Shown: in pieces, positions 1 through 7,379 of the stretch | Numbering within the stretch: position 1 is the first letter of the stretch | Layout of the letters: every line of letters starts with the position of its first letter | Source: a virus | Lineage: Duplodnaviria > Caudoviricetes | DNA: 33,222 nt | Strand: one strand, 5' to 3' | IMG/VR virus record: IMGVR_UViG_3300034420_000035 | Coordinates: 1 to 33,222 of that record | Notes under the pieces: model-generated | Seen by the model: only the letters and a program-made list of their open reading frames with translations | Databases searched by the model: none | Told to the model about the DNA's origin: nothing | Made by a program: the position numbers and the translations under genes

Positions 1-84
1 GTCCCGGTTTGTATCCGGTCAGTTTCACAACGCTGCCACCGGACTTGGTTTGTCTGTCGGTTGCGCCTCTTACACACGCGGCGC

Positions 85-97
85 TTGTCAAAGATCA
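85..97 (-). promoter_or_regulatory. boxA-like antitermination element
   Basis: Minus strand TGATCTTTGACAA resembles rrn/lambdoid boxA (TGCTCTTTAACAA); lies about 100 nt downstream of the predicted leftward promoter, between hairpins. Confidence 0.6.
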
Positions 98-201
98 AGT
101 GCGGGGGCCGGATCGGGTGTGTTCCGGCACAGCCGAGGTATCCCGGCCCCCAAGATCAGCCCGCTTGCCGAGACTTGCGGGGTGCTGCCTTGCTGAATTA
201 C

Positions 202-253
202 AGCTTACGATTTCCGTATGCCCGCGCAAGGGGTATTTTTACTTTTTCCGTAA
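202..253 (-). promoter_or_regulatory. Leftward early promoter (PL-like) with two operator-like sites
   Basis: Minus strand CTTGCGCGG(230-222)-N14-TAAGCT(207-202), same architecture as the rightward promoter at 1962-1990; 15-bp imperfect palindromes TTACGATTTCCGTAT (205-219) and TTACTTTTTCCGTAA (239-253). Confidence 0.7.
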
Positions 254-266
254 GTCAAGCCGAGAC

Positions 267-293
267 AAAAAAAGGCCCCACCGAAGCGGGGCC
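267..293 (-). terminator. Rho-independent terminator of the cI-ImmA-lipoprotein operon
   Basis: Minus strand GGCCCCGC-TTCG-GTGGGGCC followed by T7; cUUCGg tetraloop; about 20 nt after the stop at 315. Confidence 0.92.
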
Positions 294-314
294 GTGCGGG
301 GAGGGCTGGCGGGG

Positions 315-1028
315 CTACTTGGGTTTGTTCAACTGAACGTCTATCCGCCTAGGCTCTTCTCCACGAATGATGCCGACAGAAACCACCTTGCCCTCATGCT
401 CTGCCAGGAGCTTGCCGAAGTGGGCGGCGTCTTCCACCTGAACATCGTTGACCGATCTAATGATGTCTCCTTCTAGAAAATCGTTCTGATATGCCGGGGT
501 CCCCCGAATCACAATAGAAATGACTGCGCCCTTGTTCGATTGGATTTTCAGTTTTTGCTCAGGGGTCAGGTTCTCGTAGTAGGCCCCAAACCTCACAGAA
601 TTAGGGTTTTGCTTGGCAAAATACTGCGCCAGAAAATCGAATCGGCGATGCTCTTGGGGGACAGAGATGCTCATCCCAAGAGAAGGCATGAAATAATTGG
701 AACTGCCAACCATGCTTGCCGTCTGTGTCCGGTAGACCAGGACAACAGCGGCTCCAATTTTGGCCGCGTGTTCCCGGAGCATGTCTTCGCTGGCGCCGCC
801 ACTATTGAATGAGCTGTACCCTATGGGGGCATAGCCACTTCTGGCCATTTCTTTGGAATCTTTCACTGGGTCAGAGGCTTCCCTTATCTCTAGGCCCTGT
901 GCGGGCAACATGATGTTGGGGTCTCTTACCTGGCTCTGGGGCCGGAGTTCTTTATAGTAATCGGTGTAGGGGTTCCGGCACCCCAAACAAACCCCAAGAG
1001 CAATAAGAACAACCAACAGTTTTCTCAT
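315..1028 (-). CDS. Lipoprotein with C-terminal PDZ domain
   Basis: MRK + hydrophobic stretch + lipobox-like CLGC; C-terminal GAVISIVIRGTPAYQNDFLEGDIIRSVND...V.VGIIRG is PDZ-like; ATGA overlap with upstream gene; AT-richer than the genome. Confidence 0.8.
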   Translation of the reverse strand: MRKLLVVLIALGVCLGCRNPYTDYYKELRPQSQVRDPNIMLPAQGLEIREASDPVKDSKEMARSGYAPIGYSSFNSGGASEDMLREHAAKIGAAVVLVYRTQTASMVGSSNYFMPSLGMSISVPQEHRRFDFLAQYFAKQNPNSVRFGAYYENLTPEQKLKIQSNKGAVISIVIRGTPAYQNDFLEGDIIRSVNDVQVEDAAHFGKLLAEHEGKVVSVGIIRGEEPRRIDVQLNKPK

Positions 1029-1495
1029 GCCACCTCCTCCACGGCCTTCAGCCGAATGTTTGCAATTCGTGCCGCCAGTCTACGCTGAGGGCAGTCCTCC
1101 AGGGGCAAATCCTCATAGTGGGCGCTGAGGGCCGCGATGAAGGCGTCCAGCGATGCGTTGCGGTGCCGCCGCACCGCCGCCTCCGGGATCAGCGCACGGG
1201 CGGCCCAACGGTCAGCGGCGGCCTCATCCTTGCTCCGCAGGTATTCCCCACGGCGCCCGGCATGCTGGACCAGGTGGCCCAGCTCATGCGCAAACAGCCA
1301 AGCCATCTCCAGCGGGCCACGGATCGGCAGCAGAATCATGGGCGGCGATTCCGGCTCAACGGCGCCTCCGGGGACATACAGAGCCCCAGGAATACTGCCC
1401 CTCGCCACGATAGCCCCATGAAGTGCGGCATAAGATTCCATATCCTCAATGGATGGATATTTTTTACCGTACCAGTTTGGCAGACGCATGCGCAT
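1025..1495 (-). CDS. ImmA/IrrE (DUF955) family zinc metallopeptidase
   Basis: FAHELGH (HEXXH) and downstream EAAADRWAARALIP motif; directly downstream of the repressor. Start may be 1489. Confidence 0.88.
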   Translation of the reverse strand: MRMRLPNWYGKKYPSIEDMESYAALHGAIVARGSIPGALYVPGGAVEPESPPMILLPIRGPLEMAWLFAHELGHLVQHAGRRGEYLRSKDEAAADRWAARALIPEAAVRRHRNASLDAFIAALSAHYEDLPLEDCPQRRLAARIANIRLKAVEEVA

Positions 1496-1520
1496 AGGCT
1501 ACGCCGTGGTAATCGGTCTT

Positions 1521-1901
1521 TCAACCCTGCTTATTCGTGTTGTTCTTTGCAAGCAATAGGGTTGACTTGGCGAACCGGTACCACGAAAGGGCCTCGGAAT
1601 CAGACATTGCTGAAGCCTCATCACTGTTCATGCAGTCCAGCAGCATGGACCGAGCCCTCTGGATCTCGATTGCCTCATCCGTGAGGCCAGACTGGACCCA
1701 CAGATCATCGAGTTTCACCCGGTAGTAGCCTGGAGCTAGTTCCAGCATCCGTTTTGATGGAGGGCGGTCCCGCTGGTCTAGATACCCCTGCAAGGTGGAA
1801 TGGCTCACCTCAAGGGCCGTGGCCTGTTCAGACAGGGGAACCCCAGCCGCCTCCTTGGTCCTGACCAGCTTTTTGAACAGTTCCCAGTTCCACACCCGCA
1901 T
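1521..1901 (-). CDS. cI-like HTH repressor (126 aa; start moved from track 2228 to ATG at 1901)
   Basis: XRE-like HTH LSEQATALEVSHSTLQGYLDQRDRPPS; divergent from a Cro-like gene; no S24 peptidase domain visible. Confidence 0.78.
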   Translation of the reverse strand: MRVWNWELFKKLVRTKEAAGVPLSEQATALEVSHSTLQGYLDQRDRPPSKRMLELAPGYYRVKLDDLWVQSGLTDEAIEIQRARSMLLDCMNSDEASAMSDSEALSWYRFAKSTLLLAKNNTNKQG

Positions 1902-1903
1902 CC

Positions 1904-1990
1904 CTGCATTTTCCGTAAGTCTTAGATTTTCCGCAATCTTACGGTTTTCATTGGCGGCGGGCTTGCGCGGCTTACGATAAGTGTTAGTCT
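1904..1990. promoter_or_regulatory. Divergent PRM/PR-like promoters with operator-like repeats
   Basis: Minus: TTGCGG(1936-1931)-N17-GAAAAT(1913-1908), 6 nt before the cI ATG. Plus: CTTGCGCGG(1962-1970)-N14-TAGTCT(1985-1990, extended -10 TGn), 7 nt before the cro ATG. 15-bp sites at 1904-1918, 1922-1936, 1939-1953 and 1972-1986. Confidence 0.72.
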
Positions 1991-1997
1991 TTAGGGT

Positions 1998-2261
1998 ATG
2001 AAGAGTCCCGCTTCGACCCTGAAGGCGAAGAGCAAAACGCTCGCCGCTGCCACGGGATGGTCCGAGAAGACCATCCTCCGGGTGCTTTACTCTCGCGGGT
2101 CGGGAAAGCCCATCGCCTGCAGTACTGAGCTTGCGGTGGCTATCCATCACGCAAGCAATGGCGAGTTTCCGGCCTGGGAATTGTGCCCGGATGTCTTCGC
2201 TGTGGGGCAGATCCCACCGCGCCCTCACTGGCTGCCCCTCCCCCTCCCGGCTGCCTCATGA
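1998..2261 (+). CDS. Cro-like HTH regulator
   Basis: SKTLAAATGWSEKTILRVLY HTH; C-terminal AIHHASNGEFPAWELCPDVF resembles YdaS/Cro-family tails; first gene of the rightward operon. Confidence 0.75.
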   Translation: MKSPASTLKAKSKTLAAATGWSEKTILRVLYSRGSGKPIACSTELAVAIHHASNGEFPAWELCPDVFAVGQIPPRPHWLPLPLPAAS

Positions 2262-2410
2262 GCCACAACCCCCCGCGCCCCCAGCAGGGCCAGCCGATCC
2301 CTGAGCCATCGCTGAGTGGCCTTGGCGTCCTCCGCCCATTCCTGGGTAGGGGCGAACAGGGCCTGCTGATGCAGCGTGATCAGCTCGGGAATGTGGGCGG
2401 GTTTTTCCAT
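2225..2410 (-). CDS. Small antisense ORF, 61 aa (MEKPAHIPELITLHQQ...)
   Basis: Strong SD AAGGAGG immediately upstream of the ATG at 2410; helical-looking sequence; overlaps a plus-strand ORF. Confidence 0.45.
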   Translation of the reverse strand: MEKPAHIPELITLHQQALFAPTQEWAEDAKATQRWLRDRLALLGARGVVAHEAAGRGRGSQ

Positions 2411-2437
2411 GTTCCTCCTTCTCGGGATAAAGCATGA
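2258..2437 (+). CDS. Hypothetical 59-aa ORF (MSHNPPRPQQ...)
   Basis: ATGA overlaps with both cro and the CII-like gene; antiparallel to ORF 2225-2410, so one may be a shadow. Confidence 0.4.
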   Translation: MSHNPPRPQQGQPIPEPSLSGLGVLRPFLGRGEQGLLMQRDQLGNVGGFFHVPPSRDKA

Positions 2438-2931
2438 GTCTCGCCCACAGGCAAATCCACCCGTTTTCCGTTGCCCTATCCAAGGCCCTGGACGAATCCC
2501 TGGACGTAGCCAAGGCCCAGGGCATCTCCGCGTCATGGGTAGCCGAGTATGGCCTCAAGGTGAGCGCCGGCCAACTCAGCAAGTACCGCAACCCGGACGA
2601 TCCCGACATGCTGCCCGCCCACCTCTATCCGGTGATGGAGCAGGCCACGGGCAATTCGATCCTGTGGGACGCCCTGGAGGCGATGCGCCCCGGACGCGAG
2701 GAACGCCATGCCCGTGCCGTGGGATCGCTCATGGCCCTGTTCGCCCGCAAGGAGGGCGCAGCGATGGCCCTGCTGATCCAGGCCATGAGCCCGGACGGCC
2801 CCGGTGGATGCGATGTCACGGCGGATGAGCTTGCCGAGGCCCGCCCCGCCCTGCTGGACCTGCGCGTGCTGCTGGACGAATTGATCGCCGGAACCGTCAA
2901 CGAAAAGGCCCCGGTTCGCGCCAGGGCCTGA
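2434..2931 (+). CDS. CII-like phage regulatory protein
   Basis: Position after cro; VSAGQLSKYRNPDDPDMLP...MEQATGNSIL pattern resembles CII/CP76-type regulators. Confidence 0.55.
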   Translation: MSLAHRQIHPFSVALSKALDESLDVAKAQGISASWVAEYGLKVSAGQLSKYRNPDDPDMLPAHLYPVMEQATGNSILWDALEAMRPGREERHARAVGSLMALFARKEGAAMALLIQAMSPDGPGGCDVTADELAEARPALLDLRVLLDELIAGTVNEKAPVRARA

Positions 2932-2961
2932 ACTTCAACCCGTTTTCAGAGGAAACGAGCC

Positions 2962-3204
2962 ATGAACCAGAATACAACCCAAACCCCCCGCGTGCAACTC
3001 CGCCGCTACGCCTGTGACCGCTGCCGGGACAAGGGCTGGGTAATGGCGCCCTACTACTCAGACTTCCGGCCCTGCGTCCGCGAGGCCTGCTGCCCGGATT
3101 GCGGTGGCCCTCGCGTGGTCCTGGCGACCCGCCAAGAGGTCATCGAGTTCGTGCTGGTCTTCGCCGCGATCATCGGCCTTGTTGCGCTGGGGGGTGGGCA
3201 GTGA
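2962..3204 (+). CDS. Hypothetical Zn-finger protein with C-terminal hydrophobic segment
   Basis: CDRCRDKG and CPDCGG motifs; FVLVFAAIIGLVALGG tail; GAGG SD. Confidence 0.7.
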   Translation: MNQNTTQTPRVQLRRYACDRCRDKGWVMAPYYSDFRPCVREACCPDCGGPRVVLATRQEVIEFVLVFAAIIGLVALGGGQ

Positions 3205-3581
3205 CCTGGACTCTCCGCTTAGACGATGCCACCCCTTCACAGAACATCCTGGACCGGATGCACCACCTGGAGCGCCACCGCTACAAGCAGGAATGGAAGT
3301 GGCGGATTCGTGCCGCCAAGGGCTTCCTGGCCATCCCCAAGGCCGCTGGGCCGCGTTCCCTGATGATCGAGCGCCACGGGCGAGGGACGCTGGACACGGC
3401 CAACCTCATCGGCGGCATCAAGGGGATTCAGGACAACCTTGTGGAGCTGGGCCTGTTCCTGGATGACAACCCGGCCAACCTGCACCTCCCGATGCCCTCC
3501 CAGCACAAGCTGAAGCGCGGGGAACACCCGCACACCGTCCTGATCATCGCTGATGTGGTGGCTTCTGAGGCGGTGGCCTGA
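3201..3581 (+). CDS. RusA-like Holliday junction resolvase
   Basis: PSQN near N-terminus and DTANLIGGIKGIQDNLVELGLFLDDN match the RusA catalytic pattern D-x-x-N...K...D...DD; GTGA-coupled start at 3201. Confidence 0.72.
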   Translation: MTWTLRLDDATPSQNILDRMHHLERHRYKQEWKWRIRAAKGFLAIPKAAGPRSLMIERHGRGTLDTANLIGGIKGIQDNLVELGLFLDDNPANLHLPMPSQHKLKRGEHPHTVLIIADVVASEAVA

Positions 3582-4438
3582 TGGCCCAACTCTGGTTCAA
3601 GTTCTGGGCAAAGGAATACCTGGCAGACGCCAAGGTCCGGTGCCTCACCTATGAGCAGCGGGGCATCCTCCAGACGCTCTGGGCCTTCGCCTGGGAAGAG
3701 GGAAGCATCCCGTCTGATGAATCGACCCTTGGGACCATGCTCGGCATCCCTGCGAAGGCAATGCGAACGCATATGCAATGGGTCAACCGCTTCTTCCACC
3801 CGAGCATCGAAGACGCTTCCAGGCTGATCAGCCCTCGGCTGGAACTGGACCGGGCGGAAGCGGACGCCAAGGGTTCCAAGGCCCGTGAGTCTGCCCTGGC
3901 TCGGTGGTCCAAGGTTAATGCGAACGCATATGCGGACGCATCCAATCCGGATATGCCGCCGCAATGCGATAACCCATGCGTTGATCATGCTGGTCAGGGT
4001 CAGGGTCATGAACTAACTAAAACCCCTACCCCTTCGGGTCCGGGGAAGGCGAAACGGGAGCCCAAGCCCAAGGTGCTGGGAGACTGGCCCGCTGAACTGG
4101 ACCAGGCGGTGAGTGTCTGGCGTGAACTCGGGAAGACTCTCCGGTCCCCAGAGGTTCTTGAGAAGTTTGGGACGGACCAGACGCAATACCTGGCCCAGGT
4201 CGGGACCAAGGGCAAGGTCTGGGACGCGTGGCAGAAGCGGCTCCAGATGGTCACACCCGCGGGGCGGCGGATCGAAAGCGTGGATGTGCTTGAGGCCGTG
4301 AAGATGTGGGCGGATGTGAAGCTCCAGCAGGCCAGGGCCGGGAAACGGCTGTCCTGCCCGATGCTTCCGAGCCTGATCAATTCGCCGGATTTCGAGGATG
4401 CCCTGCTGCGGGCGACGGAGCTTCCCCATGCGGTCTGA
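3581..4438 (+). CDS. DUF1376/YdaU-type replication initiator
   Basis: WFKFWAKEYLAD...LTYEQRGI..LWAFAWEEGSIPSD N-terminal domain; directly upstream of DnaB; internal iteron-like repeats. Confidence 0.78.
   Translation: MAQLWFKFWAKEYLADAKVRCLTYEQRGILQTLWAFAWEEGSIPSDESTLGTMLGIPAKAMRTHMQWVNRFFHPSIEDASRLISPRLELDRAEADAKGSKARESALARWSKVNANAYADASNPDMPPQCDNPCVDHAGQGQGHELTKTPTPSGPGKAKREPKPKVLGDWPAELDQAVSVWRELGKTLRSPEVLEKFGTDQTQYLAQVGTKGKVWDAWQKRLQMVTPAGRRIESVDVLEAVKMWADVKLQQARAGKRLSCPMLPSLINSPDFEDALLRATELPHAV
3751..4022. repeat. Iteron-like repeats, probable replication origin
   Basis: Exact 17-mer AATGCGAACGCATATGC at 3760-3776 and 3917-3933; TGC-N4-GCA units at 3751, 3762, 3919, 3931 and 3954; followed by GGTCAG repeats and a short A-rich tract. 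Confidence 0.68.
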
Positions 4439-5801
4439 GTGGCTTCCCGAGCGCCTGCCTGAAAACATCGATGCCGAGCGGTCCTTCCTTGCCACGGTCT
4501 GCGCCCCTGGTGCTGGCCCCGCCGCGCCTGAGGCCATGGCGATGCTCACGGCGGATGACTTCGTGCACCCCGCCCACAAGGCCCTGTTCCGGGCCGCAAA
4601 CCTGGTCCTGGAAGAGGGCAACCCCCTGGACAGCCTCTCGCTCAAGGATGCCCTGGAGCGGACCAAGGAACTCGGCAAGGTGGGAGGCTTCCCCGGCCTT
4701 GTGGAGATCCTGGCGGGTGAGGACGTGGAGCGCCCCGCTGTGCTGGCGGAAGTGATTCTCCGCAAGTCCCGGTTCCGCAAGCTGGTTCATGCTGGCGCCG
4801 AACTCACGCGCATGGCTGCCCACGAAGAGGAAACCCCAGAAGATCTGATCGCCACGACCTCCACCAAACTGGCGGACCTGTCCGGCGCCCGGAAAGGGAA
4901 GGGCTTGAGGTTCACCGGAGAGATCGGCAAGGGGGCCATGCAGCGCCTGGAGGCCACCTGGGAGGGCCGTGGCGTCCCTGGCGTGACTACCGGCCTACCC
5001 CGCCTGGACCGGATGCTCAAGGGTGGGTTCAAGCCGGGCCAGCTCATCGTCCTAGCCGCCCGCCCCGGCATCGGGAAATCCACAATGGCCCGGAACTGGG
5101 CCAGGCGATGCGCGGCCTTCACGGGGACTGCGGCTCTTTTCAGCCTGGAGATGAGCGCGGATGAAGTTTGGGAGGCGATGGCTGCCAACCTCGCCGGGGT
5201 CGATTCCATGCGCCTCGGGACTGGAGAGATCAGCCATGCGGAGCGGGCAAAGATCCAGATCGCCAAAGAGGATCTGGAAAACCTGCCTCTGATGATCGAT
5301 GACCAGGCGGAAATCACGGTGCCCGAGATCCGGGGCCGGGTTGACCGAGCTGTCGCACGGTCCGGGAAGATCGCCTTGGTGGGGGTGGATTACCTCCAGC
5401 TCATCACCAGCCCCAAGGGCAGGGAAAAGCAGAACGAGGCCAACCGGATCGCGGATATCAGCCGGGGACTGAAGCTCATGGCGAAGGATGCCGGGATGCC
5501 CGTGGTGGTCTTGTCCCAGCTCAACCGGGAGGTAGAAAAGGGCAACGGGCGGCGTCCGAACCTGTCAGACCTCCGAGACTCCGGGGCCATCGAGCAGGAC
5601 GCGGACATCGTGATTTTCATCCATCGCCGGGGCCAGGATGCCGATGCCAGTTATGAGTTGATCGTGGCCAAGCATCGCGGCGGCAAGACGGGAATCATCC
5701 CGCTCAGGGCAGACCTTTCGACCTACACGTTCACGGAGTTGGACCGGGAGACAGAGCCTGTGCGGTTCATGTCTGCGGCCTGCGATGGATTGGGGGACTG
5801 A
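4428..5801 (+). CDS. dnaB: Replicative DNA helicase
   Basis: LIVLAARPGIGKS Walker A, FSLEMS, VDYLQL, LSQLNR, LSDLRDSGAIEQDAD, LIVAKHRGG; start set at ATG 4428. Confidence 0.96.
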   Translation: MRSEWLPERLPENIDAERSFLATVCAPGAGPAAPEAMAMLTADDFVHPAHKALFRAANLVLEEGNPLDSLSLKDALERTKELGKVGGFPGLVEILAGEDVERPAVLAEVILRKSRFRKLVHAGAELTRMAAHEEETPEDLIATTSTKLADLSGARKGKGLRFTGEIGKGAMQRLEATWEGRGVPGVTTGLPRLDRMLKGGFKPGQLIVLAARPGIGKSTMARNWARRCAAFTGTAALFSLEMSADEVWEAMAANLAGVDSMRLGTGEISHAERAKIQIAKEDLENLPLMIDDQAEITVPEIRGRVDRAVARSGKIALVGVDYLQLITSPKGREKQNEANRIADISRGLKLMAKDAGMPVVVLSQLNREVEKGNGRRPNLSDLRDSGAIEQDADIVIFIHRRGQDADASYELIVAKHRGGKTGIIPLRADLSTYTFTELDRETEPVRFMSAACDGLGD

Positions 5802-6157
5802 TGAAGCGATCCCCGATGCCCCGCAAGCGGTCCACTCCCCGCAGGACAGGGAAGCCCACGCCCCGGATCAAGGCCGGGAGGGTGGAGGATCCGGCGCACT
5901 TGGCCCGCGTCCGAGCCCTGCCGTGTGTGATCTGCGGAGCCACCCCCTGCGAACCCCATCACCCCAAGGGCCTGGAGTTCTGCGGGAAGAGCCAGAAGGC
6001 CAGTGATCACGACGCCTTCCCCCTGTGCCCCGCCTGCCACCGAACCGGCCCCAACGCCTTCCACGCCATCGGGAAGCGCCCCTGGGAAGCCCTGTATGGC
6101 CCCCAGCGTGACTTCGCGTTCTGGACGCGGGCGACCCTTGGGCGGGAGGCGGCATGA
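5801..6157 (+). CDS. Ref/DUF968-like HNH-type nuclease
   Basis: LARVRALPCVICG...HH...KASD...PLCPACHR...FH pattern. Confidence 0.72.
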   Translation: MKRSPMPRKRSTPRRTGKPTPRIKAGRVEDPAHLARVRALPCVICGATPCEPHHPKGLEFCGKSQKASDHDAFPLCPACHRTGPNAFHAIGKRPWEALYGPQRDFAFWTRATLGREAA

Positions 6158-6252
6158 TCATCATCTGGCTCACCCCCCGCCCCTGCTCTGAACTAGTGGA
6201 TGCCTGGTTCTGGGACTGCCTTTGGCTGCGAAGCATTGGGATCCGCCCATGA
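6154..6252 (+). CDS. 32-aa Trp-rich peptide (MIIIWLTPRPCSELVDAWFWDCLWLRSIGIRP), not in the ORF track
   Basis: GGGAGG SD; ATGA overlaps at both ends exactly fill the gap between the nuclease and ninB. Confidence 0.6.
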   Translation: MIIIWLTPRPCSELVDAWFWDCLWLRSIGIRP

Positions 6253-6659
6253 GCAAGGCCATGTTCATCCTCCAGCCTCAGCCCCACCCCAGCCGCCGCC
6301 TAGCCGCCCAGGCCATCCAGAACGCACCCGATGGGATGGTGGTCACGATTGCGGAGCCCACGCGGTCCCTGGAGCAGAACGCCCGGCTCTGGGCCAGCCT
6401 CTCGGAAGTCTCAAAACAGGTGGACTGGTACGGCCAGAAGCTCACCAGCGAGGAATGGAAGGATGTCTTCAGCGCCTGCCTGAACCGGCAGAAGGTGGTC
6501 CCCGGCATCGAGGGCGGGTTCGTCGTGTGCGGGGCCAGAACCTCGAAGATGAGCAAGCGGGAACTGTCGGAACTGCTGGAGGTAATTTACGCATTTGGTG
6601 CAGAACGGGGCGTTGTGTTCAGTGACACCGAGGCGGAACCCATGGGGAGGACGGCATGA
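6249..6659 (+). CDS. ninB: NinB family recombination protein
   Basis: PTRSLEQNARLWASLSEVSKQVDWYGQKLTSEEWKDVF...VVPGIEGGFVVCGARTSKMSK is characteristic of NinB. Confidence 0.92.
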   Translation: MSKAMFILQPQPHPSRRLAAQAIQNAPDGMVVTIAEPTRSLEQNARLWASLSEVSKQVDWYGQKLTSEEWKDVFSACLNRQKVVPGIEGGFVVCGARTSKMSKRELSELLEVIYAFGAERGVVFSDTEAEPMGRTA

Positions 6660-6847
6660 GCCGAGACGAATTCATCCTCAATGACCACATCGCCCGCATC
6701 ACGAATGCCCTGGAGCGGATTGCGGACGCCCTGGAGGTAGCACCGCTTCAGGTGACCGTGAACAACAACTCCGACCATGAAGCACTAAAGAAGGCTGTGG
6801 ACGGATGGGCGGAGAGGAACAATCGCCCCGGTGGGCTACTCCGATGA
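6656..6847 (+). CDS. Hypothetical protein
   Basis: ATGA-coupled to ninB, GGAGG SD; LERIADALE motif. Confidence 0.7.
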   Translation: MSRDEFILNDHIARITNALERIADALEVAPLQVTVNNNSDHEALKKAVDGWAERNNRPGGLLR

Positions 6848-6881
6848 CCTCGCAGGTAGACCGGAAGATGGAGGACGCATC

Positions 6882-7379
6882 GTGACGCCCAAGCAAGAAG
6901 CATTCGTCCAGGAATACCTGGTGGACCTCAACGCCTCGGCTGCCTATCGCCGGGCAGGCTACAAGACGGGGAATGCGGATGTCCTCGGGCCTCGCCTGTT
7001 GGGAAATGCTGGTATTGCCTCAGCTATCCAGTCGGCCATGAATGAACGATCCAAGCGGGTGCAGATCACCGCAGACCAGATCCTTCAGAACATCATCGAC
7101 ATCGGGCAGAGGTGTATGCAGCGATGGCCGGTCATGGTTGGGCAGGGGAAGGACCGGAAGCAGCTTGTGGAGCATGTGGAGACGGAGGACGGGGAAGAGG
7201 TTCTGGCCCAGGTGTTCCAGTTCGACTCAAACGGTGCGCTCCGGGCTCAGGAACTGCTCGGAAAGCACCTGAAGCTGTTCACGGACAAGACGGAACTGGA
7301 GATCCGGGGCGGAATGACCATCGTGGCCCCTGACCAGTTCGAGACGGCGGAAGAGTGGCAGAAGCAATCCGGGAGGTAA
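6882..7379 (+). CDS. terS: Terminase small subunit
   Basis: TPKQEAFVQEYLVDLNASAAYRRAGY...ALRAQELLGKHLKLFTDK; GGAGG SD before GTG 6882. Confidence 0.93.
   Translation: MTPKQEAFVQEYLVDLNASAAYRRAGYKTGNADVLGPRLLGNAGIASAIQSAMNERSKRVQITADQILQNIIDIGQRCMQRWPVMVGQGKDRKQLVEHVETEDGEEVLAQVFQFDSNGALRAQELLGKHLKLFTDKTELEIRGGMTIVAPDQFETAEEWQKQSGR

Noticed and set aside
9-476. Plus-strand ORFs 9-476 and 61-336
   Set aside because: TTG starts, cross the terminator, operators and lipoprotein gene on the opposite strand; no protein motifs.
1902-2228. N-terminal extension of the repressor ORF to 235 aa
   Set aside because: Runs through the operators and antisense to cro; promoter geometry supports ATG 1901.
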